DNA of 64,000 nt, taken from positions 32,001 through 96,000 of the forward strand of contig JBFOMH010000018.1 of NCBI GenBank assembly GCA_040830765.1, given 5' to 3'. Both the position numbers and the translations under genes were made by a program. Below are positions 9,476-18,283 of this stretch, piece by piece. The notes under the pieces are model-generated. The model was given only the letters and a program-made list of their open reading frames with translations, ran no database searches and was not told where the DNA came from. Origin of the DNA: Puniceicoccaceae bacterium (lineage in GTDB: Bacteria; Verrucomicrobiota; Verrucomicrobiia; Opitutales; Oceanipulchritudinaceae). Within the stretch, counting starts at the first letter, position 1. Every line of letters begins with the position of its first letter.

Positions 9476-9517
9476 AAAAACCCAAATCCCTAATCTCCAA
9501 CACCTTACAATACCAAC

Positions 9518-10201
9518 CTAAACCAGCCTTCCCTCTTCCAGATGGTATTGCCGGAGTGTCCGCCCGGCATACCCGGGATGGTGGGTCACCAGCAACAAGC
9601 CCGTCTTGTGCCGCTCGACGGCGGACAGCAACTGCTCCATGACGCGTTCCGCGGTCTTTTCATCGAGGTTGCCGGTCGGCTCATCGGCGAGAAGGAGTTT
9701 TGGGGAATTGACAAGGGCCCGGGCGATTGCGGTGCGCTGGCGCTCACCACCGGAAAGCTGCTCGGGTCGGCTCTGGAGGCGCTCCCCGAGGCCCAGTTCA
9801 TCCAGCAGGTGCTCCGCCTTTTCCCGGGCTTCCTTGAGCGGCTGACCGGCAATGCGGGCGGCCAGGAGGACATTGTCCAGCGTGTTCAATTCAGGGATTA
9901 AATAGAAGGACTGGAAAACAAACCCGAGGTAACTGGCCCGAATCTCCGGCCGCTTTGAGTCCGGAAGGTCCCCCAGCGAGATTCCGTTCCAGTGGACATC
10001 CCCCTCATCGGGGGTCTCGATGCCAGCTAGAATGTTCAACAGGGTGGTTTTTCCGCTTCCCGATTCGCCGCGGATGCTAATTGTTTCACCGATTCCCAAT
10101 TCCAGGGTGACGCCGTCCAGCACCTGGATTTCCCGGGGACCGCTCTGGTAAGACTTTCGCAAGTTGCTGGCCTGCAATATGATGGAAGTTTCTTCGCTCA
10201 T
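9518..10201 (-). CDS. lolD: Lipoprotein-releasing system ATP-binding protein (LolD-like ABC ATPase)
   Basis: GESGSGKTT, GFVFQSFYL, LSGGERQR, LLADEPTGNLD; directly downstream of a LolC/E-type permease. Confidence 0.85.
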   Translation of the reverse strand: MSEETSIILQASNLRKSYQSGPREIQVLDGVTLELGIGETISIRGESGSGKTTLLNILAGIETPDEGDVHWNGISLGDLPDSKRPEIRASYLGFVFQSFYLIPELNTLDNVLLAARIAGQPLKEAREKAEHLLDELGLGERLQSRPEQLSGGERQRTAIARALVNSPKLLLADEPTGNLDEKTAERVMEQLLSAVERHKTGLLLVTHHPGYAGRTLRQYHLEEGRLV

Positions 10202-11439
10202 TGCTCGATCCGGAGGGTTTCAGCCGGCTTGAGCCGGGCTGCCCGCCATGCCGGAAGCAGGCTGGCAAGGGTTGAGAGCATGACGGCCAGGACTCCGATG
10301 CGGAAGATTTCCCCAACATCGTAGACGACCGGAAGGTAGGTGAAATAATAGAACCGGACCAGTGTGTCCCTGGTACCACTGATCGTCGCCAGCCCCTGGA
10401 TAATGGGATCCCGGAAGGAGAGGCAGAGAATGGCCAGGCCAATCCCCAGCAGGGCCCCCAGCAAGCCAATGAAAAAGCCCTGGAAGCAGTAAATGCCGAC
10501 TACTCCCCGTCGCCCGCCCCCAATCACCGCCAAGAGGCCAATTTCGCGGGTCTTGCGGACCACCGTCAACAACTGGGCAATGGCAATGGCAAAGACCGCC
10601 ACTGCGACGATGAACAGGTTGAGGAAGAGCATCATTGTCTTCTCAAGGTCGAGCACCCAGAGGAAGTCCGCCCAGCGTTCCTTCCACGTCTGGACCATTT
10701 TCCGCTCGTCCACCCGTTCCTGGATGCAAGCCACCGCCTCATACTCGTCCACTCCATCCTGCAGCCGAACCGCAATGCCGTGAACGCCATCCTCAAGGCC
10801 ATACAACTCCTGCATGGTCCGCAGGGTGCAGATGATGCCGGGGATGTATTCCTGGTTCCAGTCGATGTTGTAGATTCCGGCGATTTCAAACTCCCGCGGC
10901 AGGACCACCTCGTTCTGCTGCAACCGGTCAATCATCACCGGGCTGAAGACCTCGATCCTGCTGCCAACCCAGACGCCCAGTCGCCGGGCCAGGCTGCGGC
11001 TGACCAGGACCGTGTCATCGTAAAGATCCTCCATCGATCCCGAGGTCAGGTAGTTGTTGACCGCAAACACCGGCTGCTCGTCATAGGCCATTCCATAGAT
11101 CGCAGGAAAAACAGGAATATTGGCCCGCTTGGCCATGACGAATCCCCGGGCATATGGCGTCACGTGCAGAATGCTGGGATCCTCCATCAGTGAATCGGCA
11201 ATCGCGAAGGCGTCCGTAAAGGGATAACCGCCCTCGCTGATATCAAGATGACCGGATGTATCGACGATTCGGTCCCGGTGGACTTCCCCGAATCCACCCA
11301 TGACACTCTGGACGATGACCAGCACTGCCACCCCAAGGCCGACTCCAAGAACTGAAAGAAAGAAGAATACCGAACCCAGCCGCCTTCCACTCGGCACCAG
11401 TTGCCGCAAGGCAAGGTACATATACCACGGCATCCTCAT
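10198..11439 (-). CDS. LolC/LolE-family lipoprotein-releasing ABC permease
   Basis: LGVGLGVAVLVIVQSVMGGF, KTREIG, PAWRAARLKPAETLR; MacB/FtsX-type topology. Confidence 0.88.
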   Translation of the reverse strand: MRMPWYMYLALRQLVPSGRRLGSVFFFLSVLGVGLGVAVLVIVQSVMGGFGEVHRDRIVDTSGHLDISEGGYPFTDAFAIADSLMEDPSILHVTPYARGFVMAKRANIPVFPAIYGMAYDEQPVFAVNNYLTSGSMEDLYDDTVLVSRSLARRLGVWVGSRIEVFSPVMIDRLQQNEVVLPREFEIAGIYNIDWNQEYIPGIICTLRTMQELYGLEDGVHGIAVRLQDGVDEYEAVACIQERVDERKMVQTWKERWADFLWVLDLEKTMMLFLNLFIVAVAVFAIAIAQLLTVVRKTREIGLLAVIGGGRRGVVGIYCFQGFFIGLLGALLGIGLAILCLSFRDPIIQGLATISGTRDTLVRFYYFTYLPVVYDVGEIFRIGVLAVMLSTLASLLPAWRAARLKPAETLRIEQ

Positions 11440-11442
11440 AAT

Positions 11443-11478
11443 ATCTTAATCTTAGCCTTAATCTTAATCTTAGTCTCC
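11443..11478. repeat. Hexamer tandem repeat (ATCTTA-like)
   Basis: atctta atctta gcctta atctta atctta gtctcc fills nearly the whole lysS-lolC/E gap. Confidence 0.85.
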
Positions 11479-11480
11479 CC

Positions 11481-12950
11481 TCAATCCCTCACCACCGGCT
11501 TCAGCGCCGGAAACAAAATCACGTCGCGAATGCTGGGCACACCGGTCAGCATGATGATCAAGCGATCGATCCCGACGCCCATCCCGCCGGCTGGCGGCAT
11601 GCCGTGCTCGAGCGCGAGGAGGAAGTCCTCATCGATCTTCTGTTGTTCCTCACCGGCCTGGCGCTCCAGTTGCTCGCGCTGCACGAAGGGATCATTTTGC
11701 TCGCTGTAGGCAGGCGCAATCTCCTGCCCGTTGATGCAGAGCTCAAAGACCTCGACCGTTTCCGGATCGTCCGGGGAAATCTTGGCCAGCGGGATCAGCT
11801 CCTTGGGCAAATGAGTGACGAAGGTGGGCTGGATCAAGGTGGGCTCGATCCGCTTTTCAAAGACTGCATTCGTCACCTCGAAGTCTTCGCGTTTGGGATC
11901 CACCTCGATTTCTTCCTTTTCACACCAGGCCAGCTTTTCGGCCTTGCTGCGCGAGAACCAGTCCGGGTCACCGGTTTGCTCGATAACCAGATCCTTGTAG
12001 CGGGCCTCGCGCCACTCGCCGCCAAGTTCAATGACCTGTCCGTCATGCCGCTCAATGGTGGGCTGGCCAAGGACCTCGTCACAAATGGCCCCGACCATGC
12101 CACGAATGAGTTTCATCATGCCCCGGAAATCGCTGTAGGCCTGGTAGACTTCGAGCATCGTGAACTCCGGATTATGGCGCCGCGAAAGCCCCTCATTACG
12201 GAAATTGCGGCCGATCTCAAAAACCCGGTCATAACCCGCCACCAGCAGTCGCTTAAGATAAAGCTCGAGGGCGATGCGCAGGTAAAAGGGGCAATCGAGG
12301 GCGTTGAAGTGGGTCGTGAACGGCCGGGCCGCCGCGCCGCCGGCCTCCGGCGTCAGGATCGGGGTTTCCACCTCCGTGAAGTCCTGTGATTCAAGATAGT
12401 CCCGAATGCAGCGGATGATCCGGCTGCGGGTTTTGAAGACATTACGCGACTCCTCATTGCTGATCAGGTCGAGGTAACGCTGACGATAAATCTGATCGTC
12501 ATCCTGCAGGCCATGCCACTTTTCCGGCAGTGGGCGCATGGCCTTGCTGACCATTGTGAATTCCTGCACCCGTAAGGTCACCTCACCGGTCTTCGTTTTA
12601 AAGAGCGTCCCCTTGACCCCGATGAAGTCCCCGAGATCGAGCGTCTTCTTGAAGGCGTCATAGGCTTCCTCGCCAACGATGTCCTTCTTGAAATACAGCT
12701 GCAGCGTACCGGCCCGGTCAAGGATCCGGGCGAAGCTGGCCTTGCCCATCTTGCGAATGGCGATGAGGCGCCCGGCACAGCTCGCAACGGGGCTGTTTTC
12801 CTCGTCCTCAACCCACAGGTCGATGGCCTCTGCGCTGGTCTGGGCTTGCTCCCAATTAGTGCGGAAGGGATCCACTCCCCCTTCGCGCATGTCAGCCAGC
12901 TTGGCCTTGCGCACGGCAAATTGGTCGGATGTATCAATTCTCTGGTCCAT
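11481..12950 (-). CDS. lysS: Lysine--tRNA ligase (class II)
   Basis: LPEKWHGL, YRQRYLDL, GGAAARPF, FRNEG..HNPEFTMLE, GMPPAGGMGVGIDRL. Confidence 0.98.
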   Translation of the reverse strand: MDQRIDTSDQFAVRKAKLADMREGGVDPFRTNWEQAQTSAEAIDLWVEDEENSPVASCAGRLIAIRKMGKASFARILDRAGTLQLYFKKDIVGEEAYDAFKKTLDLGDFIGVKGTLFKTKTGEVTLRVQEFTMVSKAMRPLPEKWHGLQDDDQIYRQRYLDLISNEESRNVFKTRSRIIRCIRDYLESQDFTEVETPILTPEAGGAAARPFTTHFNALDCPFYLRIALELYLKRLLVAGYDRVFEIGRNFRNEGLSRRHNPEFTMLEVYQAYSDFRGMMKLIRGMVGAICDEVLGQPTIERHDGQVIELGGEWREARYKDLVIEQTGDPDWFSRSKAEKLAWCEKEEIEVDPKREDFEVTNAVFEKRIEPTLIQPTFVTHLPKELIPLAKISPDDPETVEVFELCINGQEIAPAYSEQNDPFVQREQLERQAGEEQQKIDEDFLLALEHGMPPAGGMGVGIDRLIIMLTGVPSIRDVILFPALKPVVRD

Positions 12951-13097
12951 GGTGCAAATAGGCCAAGTTGGGAGCTTTTACCGGTGTTGGCAACCGGTTT
13001 TAAGGAGAGGCCAGACCTCTCCTCCGGTGGGCTAACTGCCAGAAAATGACTAAGCGCCGCCCTTTACCGGTGGCCAGCGTGCTGGCATCAAGGTTGT

Positions 13098-14021
13098 ATG
13101 ACCACCGCCCTTGTTTCCGCGAACCTCCTCACCCTCGTCGTTTCCTGGTTCAGCGAGGTCGCATTTACCTACACCCTGCAGACTTCGATTGACCTGCTGC
13201 ACTGGCACTCCCTGCCTTTCGTCATGAGTGGCGATGGAGACTGGGAATCGGTTGTTCTCGATAAGGAGGGACCAACAACCTTTGCCCGTATCCGTTTCAG
13301 TGCAGACGGCGATACCAATGAGAACGGGCTTCCCGATCTTTGGGAATGGCAACGTTTCGGCTATCTGGATGTAGATCCGGAAGCGGATGCCGACAATGAT
13401 GGACGAAGCAATTACACTGAATGGCTCGATGGAACGGATCCAGTGGACTTTTATGACGGGGAGACGCCCGTTATCCGGCTGGCTTGCGGCAGCAGCTGGA
13501 TCGTCCCCGCGGGGCAAGCCTCGCAGCAGCAGCTTTACCTGACGGTGTTTCGACCGAATGGCGAACCATGGGTAGAAGCCCCGGTGACAATTATTGTGCA
13601 GAGCGGCCAGGAGCGCTTGCTTGCAAATGGTGAATCCTCGGCAGCCCTTGTCCGCTGGACTGATGGAAACGGCCGGATTCGACCGGACACAGAATCAATC
13701 CGCTTCATGGCCGCTCCAGATGCTGGCAGGACGGACACCATTGAATTACTGGCCGGCCGTGGCCAAAGCCAAGTTACGGTCTGGTCAGCCGGGACGGGTT
13801 TCGGGCCACCACCGCGCCAGTTGCAACAGGTTGACCAGACCAACGGGGAATCCGTAATCAGCTGGTCCGGACCGACTGAAGGAGCCAGCCACTTCCTCCT
13901 CCAGGAACAACAGGCAAACGGTCTGTGGGAAGACCTTGCCCAGGTTCCGGTTGAAGACCTTCCCCCGGCGGATCCGGAGTCAGGGCGCTACAGCATCATA
14001 ATTGTTCCCCCGGCTGACTGA
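13098..14021 (+). CDS. Hypothetical multidomain protein with Ca-binding TSP3-like motifs and Ig/FN3-like regions
   Basis: DTNENGLPDLWE and DADNDGRSNYTEWLDGTDP acidic motifs, followed by beta-rich segments. Confidence 0.75.
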   Translation: MTTALVSANLLTLVVSWFSEVAFTYTLQTSIDLLHWHSLPFVMSGDGDWESVVLDKEGPTTFARIRFSADGDTNENGLPDLWEWQRFGYLDVDPEADADNDGRSNYTEWLDGTDPVDFYDGETPVIRLACGSSWIVPAGQASQQQLYLTVFRPNGEPWVEAPVTIIVQSGQERLLANGESSAALVRWTDGNGRIRPDTESIRFMAAPDAGRTDTIELLAGRGQSQVTVWSAGTGFGPPPRQLQQVDQTNGESVISWSGPTEGASHFLLQEQQANGLWEDLAQVPVEDLPPADPESGRYSIIIVPPAD

Positions 14022-14041
14022 AACCATCCAGATTTTTCAAA

Positions 14042-17000
14042 ATGTACCGCTTCCTGCTCCTCCTGCCGGTTATCCTTCCGGCCGTCACAAAGAGTGTAGC
14101 CGCCCAGTCGCTACGTGCAGCTTATCAATTTGCCGATGGCATGGCATGGTCGGCGAGTGTCAACCTGCCCGGCTACGACATTCTTGACCTTGGCTCCGGA
14201 CGGGTGCCACTGGCCGTCAGCGACAGCGGGATTGTCCTCCTCCAGGGCGAGGACCACCGGCTCATCCGCTGGACATGGGGCCGCGAGGAAGTTCTCCTTG
14301 CCGGCTTTGTCAACCCGGATACCGCCTTCATGAACGAGTCCGGCCTGGCCGTAGCCATCAATCCCATGGAGGAAACAATAGCTGATGTCCTCTACTGGAA
14401 CCCGGGAGAAACTGCGCCGAACCATCTTTCCTGGGCCGGCAACCTCTTCAGGGATCCCCATTTTGCTGAACTTTATGCCCTGAACGATCAGGGGATACTA
14501 GCCCTGCGCGCGGAGTCCACCGACAACCCATTCCTTCTTCCCCCGGCTACCCTGGAGATTGAGACCAACCTCATCGACCTTACTGGCGAATCGTGGGACG
14601 AACAGTCCTTGTATCGATATTTCAACGACATTGACCTGACTCTCACCCAGGGTGGGAGGCTTTACGCCATCGAGGGCCTCAATAACTACGGGGAAAGCAT
14701 CGGACTGGTCTACGAGGATCAGGCCTTCTCGACCGCTTTTGAACCCGATCCCGTCTACGCCTACCAGAACCAGTATTTTTCCCTGAACGGGGATACCGCC
14801 CTCGACTTCGAGCCCCTGCTCATCAACGACGCCGGTACGATTGTCGGCCGGACCCTTGGTCCGGTCCACGCCTTTGTTGTCCTCGACCGTTTTGGCCAGC
14901 GTTACCCGGGCCCGCTCCTTGATGATGACGATGCGACGAAGATCCGCATGAGCAATCCCGTCAATGGCATGGAAGAGATTATCCTCGGTAAAAACTACTG
15001 GTGCCGGATGCAGGAGCGGGACCTCCTCGGCAATCCCCTGGATGTCCCGTCCCCGGACTTCTGGTGGGGAAACGTGACGGATATTGTTAACGACTCCGGC
15101 GACTGGGTACAATTGGAAGCCACCTGCATCAGTGCCAATGGGCGCATTGCCGGAACGGGCTGGCTCTATGACCCGCTACAGGCAGCCTATGCCCGGCACG
15201 GCTTCCTGCTGGTTCCGCCCGTTCTGCTCCCGGATTGGAACCGCGACGGAAGCATCGATGACACGGATCGCCGGCTTTGCGATTCCGGTCAGCCCCTCCA
15301 CTTCTGGGTCAACGATGATGACGACTCGGGCGACCTCTCCCAGACCATTGCCGACGACCAGCTCGACAGCCCGACTCCCGATTGGGCCAGCCCCGGTATC
15401 GACGGTCTGAGGGATGTGGTCGACTTCTTTGCCCTCCAGTTGGACCTCCAGAAAATCCTCCAGGCCATCGGCACCTCCGGTAGTGTGGAAATCATCCTCA
15501 GGCAGGCGGACGAGGCGCTCAATCTCGTCTACACCAACCTTTATCCGCAGGATGCCGGAAGCATCCATCGGGAGTACCTGGCGACAGGCTTTGGACCCGC
15601 CTTCACGGACTCCCTGGACGAGGCCCCCACCACCAACGTCACCGCCGCGGGAATTTCCCTCGCCCAAAGCCTCATTCAGAACATCCGCTCGGAGAATCAT
15701 GGTGTTCTGCTCTTCGAGGCCCTCCGTCCGACGCAGCAACCACTCGTCATGGAGCTCTATCGTGCCGGAGAAATGGTTCTTACCTCCCAGTTGCCCCTGT
15801 CGATCGGGTCCGTGCGTGACATGTTCCGCGTTATCAATCTCCGCAATGCGGATCCAAAATTTGCCGGAGTGGATCCCGGCCCATCGGCAACCTCAACGGA
15901 GGATCCACCCAATTTGCCGGATGCTTTTCTGAAGAAGCTTTCGCCGCCCCTGCGCACCCTCGTTCATATTCATGGGTACAATTGGTCGGGCCATGAAATC
16001 CCAGCCGGCCATTCGGAAGTCTTCAAGCGCTTCTTCCAGGCCGGATCAAACGCCCGCTTTGTCGGGGTCACCTGGCGCGGCGACGAGGGAACACTGGACC
16101 TGACCGGAAGCTCCTTCGAGTACAACGAAAATGTCATCAATGCCTTCATCACAGCGAAGTACGTCAAGGACAGCCTGACTCCGTTTGCTGGTCCGCGCAC
16201 AGCCATCTTTGCCCACAGTCTGGGGAACATGGTTACCTCCTCAGCCATCACCGACCATGAACTGGAAGCTGGCCTGTACTTCATGACCAATGCCGCTGTT
16301 CCCGAGGAGGCCTATGCCGGGGAAACGACCAACCGCCGCAACATGGTACCGCCGGAATGGAAGGACGAAGTGGAGTTGGGTGTCGACTATGCGGAGTTCC
16401 TTCTTTCCCCCAATTGGTATCGCTTGTTTCCGGCCGATGATCATCGCTCATTCCTGAAGTGGAAGGACCGTTTCGCCAGCCTTTCCAGTCAGGTTAGCTG
16501 CATCAATTTCTATTCCTCCGGGGAGGAGGTCCTGAAGTCCGGCAACGGGGATCTTCCCAGCCTCCTCGGGGACGCCGCCAACCAGGAACGTGTCTGGGTC
16601 TTTAACGAGATGGTCAAGGGGACGGAGACTTTCCTCTCCAACCTGGTCAGCGACATCCATGGTGGCTGGGGCTTCAACCGCTACTGGATGGACTGGGTCG
16701 ACCCCGGCGGGGCAGCCCACCCGCCACCGGGATCCTGGGTCCCGATGTCGACCTCCGAGGCCGCCCTCATCAATCCGCCGGACCTGATCCCCGAGCCGTT
16801 TTTCCGGAAGTTCTCCGATGGCGACAGCGTCTTTCCCCTCTGGGGTAATGGGGCATGGCTCTACGGCGACACAGCAACAGCAAATGCCCACCTGCCCGCT
16901 CTGCCTCTGGCCGGGGCCGACATCGATCAGTTGAAGAACCATGCCAAGATTCTCGCCGAAGCCATTCCCGCCCATTCCGATCCGACCGGTTCCAACCCGC

Positions 17001-17188
17001 TTTTCAATCTCCCGCTGCTCCGCAACATCGATCTCGATCGCGATTGCCGCGATCCCGCCCACTGGCCCGCCCGGGAGGATGCCGAGAAGCGCGACCGCTG
17101 GCTCCACGGAGACTACCTCAGGCCCGCGCTTTCCCACGTCGCCCGCTTTTACCTGACCTGCGTTTCCAACATCAACAAATTGCCATGA
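14042..17188 (+). CDS. Large secreted protein with a C-terminal alpha/beta-hydrolase (DUF900-like) domain
   Basis: Signal-peptide-like N-terminus; central PDWNRDG..FWVNDDDD acidic domain; HGYN oxyanion motif (15971) and AHSLG nucleophile elbow (16211); C-terminal WLHGDY. Confidence 0.8.
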   Translation: MYRFLLLLPVILPAVTKSVAAQSLRAAYQFADGMAWSASVNLPGYDILDLGSGRVPLAVSDSGIVLLQGEDHRLIRWTWGREEVLLAGFVNPDTAFMNESGLAVAINPMEETIADVLYWNPGETAPNHLSWAGNLFRDPHFAELYALNDQGILALRAESTDNPFLLPPATLEIETNLIDLTGESWDEQSLYRYFNDIDLTLTQGGRLYAIEGLNNYGESIGLVYEDQAFSTAFEPDPVYAYQNQYFSLNGDTALDFEPLLINDAGTIVGRTLGPVHAFVVLDRFGQRYPGPLLDDDDATKIRMSNPVNGMEEIILGKNYWCRMQERDLLGNPLDVPSPDFWWGNVTDIVNDSGDWVQLEATCISANGRIAGTGWLYDPLQAAYARHGFLLVPPVLLPDWNRDGSIDDTDRRLCDSGQPLHFWVNDDDDSGDLSQTIADDQLDSPTPDWASPGIDGLRDVVDFFALQLDLQKILQAIGTSGSVEIILRQADEALNLVYTNLYPQDAGSIHREYLATGFGPAFTDSLDEAPTTNVTAAGISLAQSLIQNIRSENHGVLLFEALRPTQQPLVMELYRAGEMVLTSQLPLSIGSVRDMFRVINLRNADPKFAGVDPGPSATSTEDPPNLPDAFLKKLSPPLRTLVHIHGYNWSGHEIPAGHSEVFKRFFQAGSNARFVGVTWRGDEGTLDLTGSSFEYNENVINAFITAKYVKDSLTPFAGPRTAIFAHSLGNMVTSSAITDHELEAGLYFMTNAAVPEEAYAGETTNRRNMVPPEWKDEVELGVDYAEFLLSPNWYRLFPADDHRSFLKWKDRFASLSSQVSCINFYSSGEEVLKSGNGDLPSLLGDAANQERVWVFNEMVKGTETFLSNLVSDIHGGWGFNRYWMDWVDPGGAAHPPPGSWVPMSTSEAALINPPDLIPEPFFRKFSDGDSVFPLWGNGAWLYGDTATANAHLPALPLAGADIDQLKNHAKILAEAIPAHSDPTGSNPLFNLPLLRNIDLDRDCRDPAHWPAREDAEKRDRWLHGDYLRPALSHVARFYLTCVSNINKLP

Positions 17189-18126
17189 AAATTCTGATAC
17201 AACTCATCATCCTGCCCCTGCTCGTTTCCCTGGGCAGTGCCGCCTCCATTCCCCAGCTGGCAACAAAGCCGGTCCTATTTACCGTGAAAGACCACTCCGG
17301 TAAACCTGTGCCGGATGCTCTTGTCGAGGCTTCCCTCCCTGGGCCCGGCAATGCCTCCGCATCAACCGATGCATCCGGGGAAGCCGTCCTTGACCTCTCC
17401 GCCGGCGCGACCCTCCATGTCCATGTATCCAAGGATGGATACTATGCCACCAGTGGTGAAATCTGGATCGGAGGCATCTACCGGAATGAGGATGGCCGCA
17501 TTATCGCCCGGGAATTGCCGGACTCGCTGGAGATCACGCTCAAGCCCATCATCGATCCTGTCCCCATGAAGGTCACCCGCTACCGGGGTCACATTCCCAA
17601 AGTCAACAAGATGATCGGCTTCGACCTTGAACGCGGTGACTGGCTGGAACCGCACGGGACCGGCCGTGTACCTGACCTCCTCTTCCACCTCCATATGGAC
17701 AAAGGTAAAGCCGAATCATCCGGCCTGTTGACCATCCTCTTTCCCAACAAAGGGGACGGTGTCCAGCCGTTCCAGGCAGCCCGCCCCTATTCCACTGAAT
17801 TTGGCAGCAACCTGGCCCCGCCCCATGTGGCCCCGCTCAACGGCTACCGGCCCAACCTGACCCGGTCTTTCGAGGAGGAAGCGGCCGAATCCTTTAAGCA
17901 GGGGGTGCGCTCCTCGAGAAACTACCTCATCCGTACGCGGACCATTATCGATGCCGGTGGAACCATCCGTCAGGCCTGCTATGGCTGGCTCGAGGGAGAG
18001 GTCCTTTTCGATCCACGTGACCCCGAAGACCCCCAGCTGTCGTTCACCGCCTTCTTCAATCCCGATCCCCACCCGGATGCCCGTTCGCTGGAACGATTGG
18101 ATGGCTCCAACGGGCAGAGGGATTGA
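17185..18126 (+). CDS. Secreted hypothetical protein with an N-terminal carboxypeptidase-regulatory-like (prealbumin-type) domain
   Basis: ATG 17185 overlaps the upstream stop (ATGA); signal peptide MKILIQLIILPLLVSLGSAA; VKDHSGKPVPDALV..SKDGYY pattern. Confidence 0.78.
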   Translation: MKILIQLIILPLLVSLGSAASIPQLATKPVLFTVKDHSGKPVPDALVEASLPGPGNASASTDASGEAVLDLSAGATLHVHVSKDGYYATSGEIWIGGIYRNEDGRIIARELPDSLEITLKPIIDPVPMKVTRYRGHIPKVNKMIGFDLERGDWLEPHGTGRVPDLLFHLHMDKGKAESSGLLTILFPNKGDGVQPFQAARPYSTEFGSNLAPPHVAPLNGYRPNLTRSFEEEAAESFKQGVRSSRNYLIRTRTIIDAGGTIRQACYGWLEGEVLFDPRDPEDPQLSFTAFFNPDPHPDARSLERLDGSNGQRD

Positions 18127-18212
18127 TTACCGGGAGATTTGAATTGGTAAAAACGCCCAATTATCGGTTTCACAAGCCAACGGGGCAACTGCCAATCCCC
18201 GTAATAAATTCA

Positions 18213-18280
18213 TAAGTTGTTGATAAATAATACCCTAAGTATAATTACTTAAAGTTGGCACATTTCCTTCATAGAAGGAA
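18213..18280 (+). promoter_or_regulatory. AT-rich regulatory region: IHF-consensus site, inverted repeat, RBS-occluding hairpin
   Basis: Minus-strand TATCAACAACTTA (18213-18225) fits WATCAANNNNTTR; TAAGTA-N4-TACTTA (18236-18251); TTCCTTC-ATA-GAAGGAA (18264-18280). Confidence 0.45.
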
Positions 18281-18283
18281 GCC

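Noticed and set aside
9299..9642. Short ORFs with ILILAL or NLNLSL runs
   Set aside because: Translation artefacts of the hexamer DNA repeat.
9431..11478. Repeats as a possible CRISPR array
   Set aside because: Units are 6-nt tandem repeats without unique spacers; no cas operon is present, and the Cas4-like domain at 53.7 kb is fused to a DinG helicase.
16855..17184. N-terminal extension of the 423-aa ORF
   Set aside because: Overlaps the hydrolase gene in another frame and is low-complexity Arg/Pro-rich; ATG 17185 with a signal peptide is the better start.
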